Shown here piece by piece: positions 20,551 to 29,645 of a stretch of DNA of 64,000 nt. Source of the DNA: a virus; IMG/VR virus record IMGVR_UViG_3300042887_004758, positions 45,982 through 109,981 of that record; one strand, written 5' to 3'. The notes beneath the pieces are model-generated. The model saw nothing but the letters and a program-made list of their open reading frames with translations, was not told where the DNA came from and made no database searches. Each line of letters opens with the position of its first letter. Position 1 is the stretch's first letter. Position numbers and translations under genes: made by a program.

Positions 20551-22229
20551 TGAGTAACGTAACTTTAGTAACAGGTTTATGGGATTTAGGTAGAGGTGCT
20601 TTATCTGAAGGATGGGGACGTGATTTTGAATCACACTATTTGAGTAAGTTCAAGGATATTCTCAAAATACCTACCAATTTGATCATATTTGGTGATTCAG
20701 AGTTGAGGGAGTTTGTTAATGTACACAAAACACATAACGAAATTCAATTTATTGAAAGAAACTTGGATTGGTTCAAAGGTAATTTTTATGAAAAAATACA
20801 ATCAATCAGAACGGATCCTAACTGGTTCAATCAAAAAGGGTGGTTAAGTGAATCTACTCAAGCTAAATTGGAAATGTATAATCCTTTGGTTATGCAAAAA
20901 ATGTTTTTATTAAATGATGCCAAAATAATGGATCAGTTTGATTCGAAATATATGTTTTGGTTAGATGCTGGAATTACTAATACTGTTCACCTTGGTTATT
21001 TTACGCATGACAAAGTTTTGGAAAAATTACCAAAATTTATAAACAAATTTTCTTTTGTTTGTTTCCCGTATGATGCGGATGGTGAAATTCACGGATTTAA
21101 CTACGATGAAATTTGTAAATTATCCGGTACTAAAGTTAAAAAAGTGGCTAGAGGTGGTTTTTTCGGTGGTCCAAAAGATCAAATATCCGACGCTATGAAT
21201 CTTTACTATGGTTTCACCAATGACACTCTAAATAGAGGTTTTATGGGTACTGAAGAAAGTATTTTTTCAATAATGGTTTACAAATACCCCCAACAGTTTG
21301 ATTATTTTGAAATTGAATCAAATGGATTATTAAGTAAATTTTTTGAGGATTTAAAAAATTCCAGTCTCAAAGTGAAAAACGAAACAACAATATTAAATAA
21401 GAATATAAGTTTAGACTTAAATAAAACTTCAGTTTACGTTATTACCTTCAATAGTCCAAAACAATTTGAAAAATTAATAAATTCATTTATTCATTATGAT
21501 GACGATTTCATCGAAAAGCCAAAAAAATATTTATTGAATAACTCGACAGATAGAAGTACTGATAATCATTATGATGAACTTTGTGAAGAGTATGAGTTTA
21601 CACAAATTAAATTTCCTGAAAACTTAGGTATTTGTGGGGGAAGACAATATATTGCTGAACATTTTGAAGAGAGTGATTCAGATTTTATGTTTTTCTTTGA
21701 AGATGATATGTTTTTTTATGGTGGTGTAGAGGATTTTTGTAAAAATGGTTTTGGTAGGAAAGTTTCACAAATATATTCTAAATCATTGGAAATTACAAAA
21801 AATGAAGGATTTGATTTCTTAAAACTCAACTTTACGGAATTTTACGGAGATAATTCAACACAGTGGTCTTGGTATAATGTACCTCAAGACTTTAGAAACC
21901 AAAAATGGCCCGAATATAATAAATTACCTACTCATGGTTTAGATCCAAATGCACCCAAAACTTCATTTAAAAACATCAAGAGTTACAAAGGTATACCGTA
22001 TGCCAGCGGAGAAGTTTATTATTCAAATTGGCCACAAATTGTGACGAGAGAAGGAAATAAAAAAATGTTTTTAGAAACTACTTGGGCACATCCTCATGAG
22101 CAAACATGGATGTCTTACATTTACCAAGAAACTCTTAAAGACAGAATTACACCGGGAATCCTCCTTTTGACACCAACAGAACATAATCGATTTGATCATT
22201 ACGACGGAAAATTAAGAAAAGAATCATAG
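20547..22229 (+). CDS. Bifunctional glycosyltransferase: HtrL/YibB-like N-terminal domain plus GT-A C-terminal domain
   Basis: VTLVTGLWDLGR, FWLDAG, GGFFGG, TEESI; second domain VYVITFN...ENLGICGGR...FFFEDD. Confidence 0.7.
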   Translation: MMSNVTLVTGLWDLGRGALSEGWGRDFESHYLSKFKDILKIPTNLIIFGDSELREFVNVHKTHNEIQFIERNLDWFKGNFYEKIQSIRTDPNWFNQKGWLSESTQAKLEMYNPLVMQKMFLLNDAKIMDQFDSKYMFWLDAGITNTVHLGYFTHDKVLEKLPKFINKFSFVCFPYDADGEIHGFNYDEICKLSGTKVKKVARGGFFGGPKDQISDAMNLYYGFTNDTLNRGFMGTEESIFSIMVYKYPQQFDYFEIESNGLLSKFFEDLKNSSLKVKNETTILNKNISLDLNKTSVYVITFNSPKQFEKLINSFIHYDDDFIEKPKKYLLNNSTDRSTDNHYDELCEEYEFTQIKFPENLGICGGRQYIAEHFEESDSDFMFFFEDDMFFYGGVEDFCKNGFGRKVSQIYSKSLEITKNEGFDFLKLNFTEFYGDNSTQWSWYNVPQDFRNQKWPEYNKLPTHGLDPNAPKTSFKNIKSYKGIPYASGEVYYSNWPQIVTREGNKKMFLETTWAHPHEQTWMSYIYQETLKDRITPGILLLTPTEHNRFDHYDGKLRKES

Positions 22230-22231
22230 TA

Positions 22232-22239
22232 TATTTATA
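22232..22239 (+). promoter_or_regulatory. TATTTATA putative late promoter
   Basis: 7 nt upstream of ATG 22247. Confidence 0.6.
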
Positions 22240-22246
22240 ATATATT

Positions 22247-24481
22247 ATGATAAATTTTTTTATAAAAAAATCCTCTAGTTTACCAATTCTCAAGGTTGAA
22301 TTACTTGTTGATGGTAGAAATCTGTATAACGGTTTATTAACCAGTATTACAGGTTCTACCATTTTCTTTTCAATGGAAGAGGAAAATACAGGTGTTAAGA
22401 GAATTTTGAAAGATATTGCCAGTTATGAAATAACTGATTCGAAAATTATACTATCTTATCAATTTACTTCACACTACACAAAAAAAATAGGGTCTTATTT
22501 CGGGCAGTTTAATATATCCAACAATTACGGATCTCAAATTTTTCCTATAACAGAAAAAATAAAAATAGGTATTATCGATTCAATTTATGATCAAAGTTCA
22601 GTTGATTGTTGTTCTACTGATAAACCGATTTCAATACTACCATCACCAACTCCGACCACAACACCAACAAGTACAATATCACCTTTACCAACAAAAACAC
22701 CTCTACCAACAAAAACACCCACAAGAACTCCGACATCTACTCCTACGGTTACACCAACTACTACACCCACAAGGACAGTTACTCCTACAATTACACGAAC
22801 AAGTACTGTTACGCCAACTACTACACCCACAAGGACAGTTACTCCTACAATTACACGAACAAGTACTGTTACGCCAACTACTACACCCACAAGGACAGTT
22901 ACTCCTACAATTACACGAACAAGTACTGTTACACCAACTATTACACCTACAAATACAATAACGCAAACTCCAACTGTTACGGTTACACCCACAAATACTA
23001 TTACACCGACAAATACAGTCACTCCCGGACTTTCCCCGAGTATCACACCCACCAATACTGTTACAAGAACAAGTACCGCAACACCAGGATTATCTCCAAC
23101 ATCTACTCCGACAAATACTGTAACACCAACATCTACTCCGACAAATACTGTAACACCAACGAATACCGTAACACCAACGAATACCGTAACACCAACAAAC
23201 ACACCTTCACTAACACCGTTGAGTGAATTGGTTATAAATTTTGGATCTGAATATGGATCTGGTTCAACAAGGATTGTTTACACTTTCACAGCATCATCAA
23301 TATCAGATGAAAATGTGATAATTTCGTTTGATAATGTCTTATATAATAAAGTTACAGATCAACAAATTACAATTACGACGGGTGTTACTATAAATGCAGG
23401 ATCAATTACTGGTCGTACTGAAGTTCTTCTAAGAGATGTTGATTATAATACGGAAATAGAAAAAGGATCAACATCATTTGTCAATGTAGTTTCAACAAGA
23501 AGAAATACTTCTTTCAATAAGTATGTCAAAGTTGTTTTTGAAGATTATACACCAATAACAGGTTTTGTTTATTTCGAAAAGTGTTGTGACAAAAGTGATC
23601 CAGGTCCCGATTATATAGAAGTTCAAGTAACTACTTTTGAATGGCATTCATTGGGTGGTGGTATTGTTTATAGTGGTACTTGTTATTCACCAATTGAAGG
23701 GCCGATACAATCGACGTTTATTGGTTTGAGGTATGGTGCTGACTTTTTCGGGGATTGCACAGATCAAAGATTTTGTTCTTGTTACATTGCACCAACACCA
23801 ACACCTTCTGTTACACCAACTAAGACTGCAACTCCTTCACTAACAAAAACACCAACACCAACACCGACTAAAACAGTAACACCTTCTATCACAACAACAT
23901 TAACACCAACCTCTACAAATCCTAATAGTCTGCTTTGTTCTAGTAATGTTTCTGCAATTTTTATTGACTGTATTGGTTCTGCGACTCCATTTTTCATTGA
24001 TTGTGTGGGCACATCGGATCCTTTTTTTATAGATTGTTCAGGTTCTTCTCAAAATTTATTCATTGAATGTGAAATATCTACTCAAGAATTTATTATTGAA
24101 TGTCAAGTAACTACACAAAATTACTTTTTGGAATGTGATGTAAACACTATCCCATACTTTTTGAACTGCGAATCTTCATTCCAAACTTTCTTTTTAGAAT
24201 GTATAGGTAATTTTGAATATCTAACACCAACTCCTACATCAACGGTGACACTTACACCAACACTTACACCAACTACCACACTCACACCAACAATATCATT
24301 AACACCAACACAAACAATTACTCCTACTACTACAACCACAAACACACCAACTGTTACGAGAACTAAAACACCAACACCAACGGTCACAAGAACTAAAACA
24401 CCAACACCAACAATAACACCGACTCAAGATAAGGTGACTCTGACACCAACGTCTACACCAACGTCTACACCAAGAAGATAA
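22247..24481 (+). CDS. Mucin-like structural protein: BppU-like N-terminal domain, Thr/Pro tracts, Cys-rich modules
   Basis: N-terminus [16 protein letters not shown] is paralogous to ORF 31810; three T/P tracts; 11-aa Cys repeat. Confidence 0.75.
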   Translation: MINFFIKKSSSLPILKVELLVDGRNLYNGLLTSITGSTIFFSMEEENTGVKRILKDIASYEITDSKIILSYQFTSHYTKKIGSYFGQFNISNNYGSQIFPITEKIKIGIIDSIYDQSSVDCCSTDKPISILPSPTPTTTPTSTISPLPTKTPLPTKTPTRTPTSTPTVTPTTTPTRTVTPTITRTSTVTPTTTPTRTVTPTITRTSTVTPTTTPTRTVTPTITRTSTVTPTITPTNTITQTPTVTVTPTNTITPTNTVTPGLSPSITPTNTVTRTSTATPGLSPTSTPTNTVTPTSTPTNTVTPTNTVTPTNTVTPTNTPSLTPLSELVINFGSEYGSGSTRIVYTFTASSISDENVIISFDNVLYNKVTDQQITITTGVTINAGSITGRTEVLLRDVDYNTEIEKGSTSFVNVVSTRRNTSFNKYVKVVFEDYTPITGFVYFEKCCDKSDPGPDYIEVQVTTFEWHSLGGGIVYSGTCYSPIEGPIQSTFIGLRYGADFFGDCTDQRFCSCYIAPTPTPSVTPTKTATPSLTKTPTPTPTKTVTPSITTTLTPTSTNPNSLLCSSNVSAIFIDCIGSATPFFIDCVGTSDPFFIDCSGSSQNLFIECEISTQEFIIECQVTTQNYFLECDVNTIPYFLNCESSFQTFFLECIGNFEYLTPTPTSTVTLTPTLTPTTTLTPTISLTPTQTITPTTTTTNTPTVTRTKTPTPTVTRTKTPTPTITPTQDKVTLTPTSTPTSTPRR
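22748..22940. repeat. About 3 copies of a near-perfect 60-bp tandem repeat ([20 protein letters not shown])
   Basis: Lines 22801 and 22861 are identical, and the unit in line 22741 differs by one base; 30-bp and 18-bp tandem units follow at about 23095-23196. Confidence 0.95.
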
Positions 24482-24517
24482 ATTTTTACTTCAAATGAAA
24501 TTTTATCCAAATTAACA

Positions 24518-24525
24518 TATTTATA
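24518..24525 (+). promoter_or_regulatory. TATTTATA putative late promoter
   Basis: 13 nt upstream of ATG 24539. Confidence 0.6.
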
Positions 24526-24538
24526 AAAAAAAACTTGA

Positions 24539-25771
24539 ATGGCTACACAAGGACAAATATCGATCACGGCAACCAATCTTTCTGGTGGATCATATAATTT
24601 TGAGATATATATTCGTGAATGTGGTTCGGGTAGTTGGGGATCTCCGATCGATACTATTCCTTACAGTGGGTTTCCTTATTATTTTAACGTAGATGCCGTT
24701 CTCAGTGGATCTGTAACTTGTTTTGAATATTTGGTAGAAGAACCAACAACGTTGGCTCAATGTACCGGACAAGTTAATTTTGTAACACCAACACCGACGC
24801 CAACTAAAACTCAAACACCTACACCAACTAAAACTAAAACACCGACACCAACACCTACACCAACATCTTCTGTTGATTCCGGTGTCACTTTGAATCTATA
24901 TTCAACATATAGTTCGGGTTCTCTGTTGGCGAATTATGTGTTGGTAAGAGATAGTATAGCAACTGAGGACATCTCATATCGATTCACAAACACTTTAAAA
25001 ACAACAGGAGGTACAGAGATTTCAATTGGATCGTTGATAGAAATACCCACAGGATTTTTAAGTGGGGAAACAATTTCTAAATTACCGTTTAATTCTTATA
25101 GTGAAATTGAACCAGGATATTCCAATATCTCAGCATTTACATCTACTTCATTAGAAACAACTGTTGTTGATCGATATACTGAAGTTACATTCCAAGGAGT
25201 TGTTATTCCAAATGTACAATATATTTTCCAAGATTGTTGTGGAATTTTACCTAATTTGGAGGTTGTGGTTCCGTTGACTGCGGTTCAGGTAAATTCATCT
25301 AATCCTTGGGTTCTACAAGGTAGAGTCATCAGTTATTTGGGTAATTGTTATAAGCCATTGACTCAAGGAGGAACGGGAACTTTATATTATCCAGCACCAG
25401 ATGGGTCTACTTGTTCATCTTCAATATGCCCATCATGTCAAGTAATTACATCTCCAACACCCACAGTTACAAGGACACCAACAGTTACACCAACTATCAC
25501 CAAAACACCTACAATCACACCTACAAGTAGTGTTACACCAACGTCACCATGTTCCGATTGTGAATCTAATTTTGTTGATTGTTATGAGATTATGGGATGT
25601 TACTCATATCCAATTGGTGTGAGTCCAACACCTACAAGTACAGTTACACCTACACCAACACCAACCTCAACAATAACACCAACTATAACTCCAACACCAA
25701 GTGTTACACCAACCAACTTGATTTGTTTGGATCCTGACGCTGAGGGTTATGTTTATGATTATCCCGAATAA
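24539..25771 (+). CDS. Mucin-like Thr/Pro- and Cys-rich structural protein
   Basis: PT tracts separate small Cys-containing domains shared with ORFs 22247, 28017 and 29646. Confidence 0.75.
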   Translation: MATQGQISITATNLSGGSYNFEIYIRECGSGSWGSPIDTIPYSGFPYYFNVDAVLSGSVTCFEYLVEEPTTLAQCTGQVNFVTPTPTPTKTQTPTPTKTKTPTPTPTPTSSVDSGVTLNLYSTYSSGSLLANYVLVRDSIATEDISYRFTNTLKTTGGTEISIGSLIEIPTGFLSGETISKLPFNSYSEIEPGYSNISAFTSTSLETTVVDRYTEVTFQGVVIPNVQYIFQDCCGILPNLEVVVPLTAVQVNSSNPWVLQGRVISYLGNCYKPLTQGGTGTLYYPAPDGSTCSSSICPSCQVITSPTPTVTRTPTVTPTITKTPTITPTSSVTPTSPCSDCESNFVDCYEIMGCYSYPIGVSPTPTSTVTPTPTPTSTITPTITPTPSVTPTNLICLDPDAEGYVYDYPE

Positions 25772-25790
25772 ATAGAAAAAAAAAGATATA

Positions 25791-27998
25791 ATGCCATTAG
25801 GACAACTCTGTTTAACTGATTTAGGTGGATTCGAATTAACCGATTTGGTTAATATCTATTCCAATGTTGATGGGTTTACCACCCCAATTGTTCAAGATGT
25901 TTTGATCGAATCTATGGCGTCTTCTGAAGAGAGTTGTCCTTACTTGTTGACAGATGTACCCGAAGGTACAACACAAATTTATATAGAGACCGTTGGCGGT
26001 GAAGTATGTTTATATTTACCATTTCAAGAGATAAACTTATGTGAAGATTGTGATTTTGGTTTCAATGAATACACCGCTCAGACGATTGGTATACTCTCTG
26101 TTGGTATTTTGACTGCATCATGTACAAGTGAAATCACCGACTACGTAATTGATTGGTTTAATTCAAACGGTGAAGTTGTATTAACAAGTGGTTTTGGTGA
26201 TCAATTTGCCTATACCTTTCCACACCCAATGACGGGCAATGCATCACCACCTATAAATCCAGGTATATATGAACCAATTATCAGACAAGTTTTGATAAAT
26301 GGCGTAATCTTTTCATCGGTCGAATTTGGTAATAATAATGTTTTGACTTCATTAAGTGGATGTTTACCTAATATTGAAGTAATTGTTTCTCCGAACACCT
26401 GTGACAATGGAAACACTCCAAATGGTACTTATAGTCATAGTGTCACATATAACGCAGTCGTTGGTGAAATACCCTCGTCAATGGATATAGTCTTGGAAAT
26501 AGATTCGAGCGTAAACTATATTGCTTGGGCATTTGATGCCGATGCGATCACTGATCAGATTAAAGTTGTTTTTTCAGGATCGGCATATTCAGAAAAATAT
26601 ATTTTAGATTGGTTCAATGTTGGTCAATTGAATATATCTACAAGTTTTTCAGAACCACCTCCGTATGAAATACAATTTTTACAATCATCATCTGGTGATA
26701 GACAAGATTTGAAAAAAGTAAATTGTTTGACAGGATTTACTGTTTCTGAAGGGGACAAAATAATTTTTGAAGTGATTCCGAATCAATTGAATAATAATAC
26801 AAATTGGAATTTAAGATATAAATGCTTAGAAACATTTGATTGTGAATCTTGTTGGTTGACCGGTACTTCAAAAATTAATTTAACAAATGCGTTTGGAATA
26901 AATTCAATTCAAAATACTTGCACAGATAGAAGAGCCTTCTTATTTAATTTAAGTGGGTCATGTAGTAGTTTTGAAGACAACCTAAATGATTACTTTCAAA
27001 CTCAATTCATTATAAATCCACCAGGGGTTAACCCTACTTGGCCGAATACAGGTTCTTACTTTATAAATAGATTTCTCCCTAACGGATCAACCTCATATTG
27101 GGACACAACCTATTTATATTTTACACAATTAAGTTATAGTAGTTTTCCGATCAGTATTTCTCCCGCATGTAATACACCAAGCACCAACCAAATTCAATTT
27201 ACCAAAACTTATAACCCAGGTATACAAGAGGCAACTATCTACATGTATTTTACTAATCAATCTGAATTTTTATCGTATTGGAATAATTATCTCAGTGTTA
27301 GTAACCAATTTTCACCAACACAAAACACAAATGATCCTGAATATTATGAAGGTTATGTTTTCATAGTAAGACCACAACTGACACCAAATACTCAATGTGG
27401 TGATACAAGTCCTGATCCTATAACTTATTATATACCTAAAGATGCTTTATTCGTATCAGGACAAACAGATGGTGGAGGGTACGAACTTCAAGTTTTTTGG
27501 GGTCCAGTATATAATAACATTTCCGCATCGAATTGTGCGTATGGTACAATAAACAGTGTGGTTAATAGTTACACAAATTCTAGAACAGGAAATAATACTT
27601 CATTTACCAATAATAAAGGATCAAGACCTATAGATCCTGTTGGTAAGCTTGAAATTTCGACAATTAATTCACTTAATACTGGTGTAACTTTAAGCTATAA
27701 TTGGGTTTTCCATAGAAAATTAAATGAGACTTTACCAAGAAATTATAACGATACAAATATTATATATCCACAATACAGTTCTGTAACGTGCCCAAATTTA
27801 TATACTTTGGATCAAGCAAATAGTCCAAATACGGATTACTATAGAAGAATTTATGCTAGATATAGAATAGAATTAATAAATCCAAGTGATCCTGAAGAAT
27901 TCCGTGTCTTGAGTCAGTCAGTATCGGGAAATGATTTGGCGTTTGTTTTTAGTGGAGGAACAATAAATAATGTGAATACAAATTATGTAATTCAATAA
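25791..27998 (+). CDS. Putative virion structural protein (beta-rich, Cys/Asn/Thr-rich)
   Basis: 735-aa ORF with composition like the neighbouring fibre/decoration proteins; no long PT tract. Confidence 0.6.
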   Translation: MPLGQLCLTDLGGFELTDLVNIYSNVDGFTTPIVQDVLIESMASSEESCPYLLTDVPEGTTQIYIETVGGEVCLYLPFQEINLCEDCDFGFNEYTAQTIGILSVGILTASCTSEITDYVIDWFNSNGEVVLTSGFGDQFAYTFPHPMTGNASPPINPGIYEPIIRQVLINGVIFSSVEFGNNNVLTSLSGCLPNIEVIVSPNTCDNGNTPNGTYSHSVTYNAVVGEIPSSMDIVLEIDSSVNYIAWAFDADAITDQIKVVFSGSAYSEKYILDWFNVGQLNISTSFSEPPPYEIQFLQSSSGDRQDLKKVNCLTGFTVSEGDKIIFEVIPNQLNNNTNWNLRYKCLETFDCESCWLTGTSKINLTNAFGINSIQNTCTDRRAFLFNLSGSCSSFEDNLNDYFQTQFIINPPGVNPTWPNTGSYFINRFLPNGSTSYWDTTYLYFTQLSYSSFPISISPACNTPSTNQIQFTKTYNPGIQEATIYMYFTNQSEFLSYWNNYLSVSNQFSPTQNTNDPEYYEGYVFIVRPQLTPNTQCGDTSPDPITYYIPKDALFVSGQTDGGGYELQVFWGPVYNNISASNCAYGTINSVVNSYTNSRTGNNTSFTNNKGSRPIDPVGKLEISTINSLNTGVTLSYNWVFHRKLNETLPRNYNDTNIIYPQYSSVTCPNLYTLDQANSPNTDYYRRIYARYRIELINPSDPEEFRVLSQSVSGNDLAFVFSGGTINNVNTNYVIQ

Positions 27999-28016
27999 AA
28001 AATAAAAAGAAGGAAA

Positions 28017-29639
28017 ATGCCAACAACGATTCAAATAAATTTGACAAATCCAGCCGCGGGGGCTACAATTTATGACGTATATGTAAGTGATTGTGAAGGC
28101 GGTTCCAATATTTTGGTGGCAAATGACATAAATGCGGCCACTTTTCCAATTTATGTTGACCTAAGTGCCGACGAGTTTGGTTTAGACGGTGTTACTTGTT
28201 ATGAATACATAATTTCAGCAGACACTGGTTGTATTTGTGAAAATGTTGTTGGTCAAGTTCCGATTTCACCAACACCAACAAATACACCTACAAATACAGT
28301 TACTCCAACAAATACCGTTACCCGCACTGTTACACCAACAGTGACTAGAACACCTACAACTACAACAACTCCAACCCCAACAACAACAGTACCCTGTAGT
28401 TGTTTTGAAAATATCTATGTTTGGTATACATGTAATACAGGTGGACAGTCTTCAACAATTTGTCCCGAACAAATACAAGTTGTGTACACTTTATGTGATC
28501 AAACAACCGACAAATTTTTATTATCCGAAGGTGTCGAAAATCAACAATTGATCACAGATTGTGTTATTTTGAGTTCAATTTCGATTGAAACCGCACAGGC
28601 AATACCTGGTCTGAACTTCTTATTGGATACCTCTGAATCTATTTGCTGTGGTGTACCTGTTTCACCAACACAGACACCAACACAGACTGTGACTCCAACA
28701 GTAACACAAACACCAAATAATACACAAACACCTACACCAACCCCTACAGTTACAAGAACAGTCACCAAAACACCAACAATTACACCAACAAGGACCAAAA
28801 CTCCGACTCCAAGTCCTTTTGGTTACACTTGTTTTAGTGCCGAAACAAAGTATAACCAAGATAGTGAACAACCTATCAATACTTTTGCTAATTTATTTGG
28901 TACTTTAGATACTGTTAATGTTCATATTTGTGACTTCTTGAATTGTGAAGATATTGAGCAAATTAAGACCGAAGGTAATTTGATAACAACAAACCTGTGT
29001 TTTATTTCAACAGATCCAAGACCCACGGTTGTAGGTGATAGTTCACAAGTATATGTTTTCAGCGCAGGAAGTTATGTACCTCTTACTTATGGAATGTTGA
29101 CATCGATCACAACAAGTGTTTCACCATCGATTGCATTCCACTATATAATGTTGAATAATTGTGTATACCAATTCTATCCCGGTTTTCCTGAGAATCCTTC
29201 TCCAACATCATCGACACCGATGTTCTTGGAGTTAGTCAATTGTTGTTCGGGTGATTATAACGTTACAAGAGACTATAATATAACAAATTCTGTGACAAAT
29301 AGTTGGGATTTTGATAATTACATACCCAATAACCCAACTATTACTCTGACAAGAAATGAAGAATACCGATTCCATATCTGTGCTGAGGGATATAAGTTTG
29401 CAATTGGAAACTTCAGAGGTAATTTCTTATTGGATGGAGATTTCTCACCAATCGTTGATCAAGCAGTAATTTCAACAAATAATACTACAGGTGAAGATCT
29501 AGGTACAATAGTATTTACACCAAACGAAGATTATGGAAATAATGATTTGTATTATTTCGCATACTCTATAAACGGTCAAACAGCGACAGGTTATCCCAAC
29601 AGTAATTCGTTCTGGGGACTAATAAATTTACAAGGATAA
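28017..29639 (+). CDS. Mucin-like structural protein with C-terminal cupredoxin-like domain
   Basis: PT tracts; C-terminal NPTITLTRNEEYRFHI...GTIVFTP...LYYF. Confidence 0.7.
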   Translation: MPTTIQINLTNPAAGATIYDVYVSDCEGGSNILVANDINAATFPIYVDLSADEFGLDGVTCYEYIISADTGCICENVVGQVPISPTPTNTPTNTVTPTNTVTRTVTPTVTRTPTTTTTPTPTTTVPCSCFENIYVWYTCNTGGQSSTICPEQIQVVYTLCDQTTDKFLLSEGVENQQLITDCVILSSISIETAQAIPGLNFLLDTSESICCGVPVSPTQTPTQTVTPTVTQTPNNTQTPTPTPTVTRTVTKTPTITPTRTKTPTPSPFGYTCFSAETKYNQDSEQPINTFANLFGTLDTVNVHICDFLNCEDIEQIKTEGNLITTNLCFISTDPRPTVVGDSSQVYVFSAGSYVPLTYGMLTSITTSVSPSIAFHYIMLNNCVYQFYPGFPENPSPTSSTPMFLELVNCCSGDYNVTRDYNITNSVTNSWDFDNYIPNNPTITLTRNEEYRFHICAEGYKFAIGNFRGNFLLDGDFSPIVDQAVISTNNTTGEDLGTIVFTPNEDYGNNDLYYFAYSINGQTATGYPNSNSFWGLINLQG

Positions 29640-29645
29640 AAAAAA

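Noticed and set aside
22587-24387. Val/Gly-rich, Cys/Ser-rich and Gln/Leu/His-rich repeat ORFs in other frames (also 28541-28871)
   Set aside because: Shadows of ACN/CCN codon repeats in the Thr/Pro tracts
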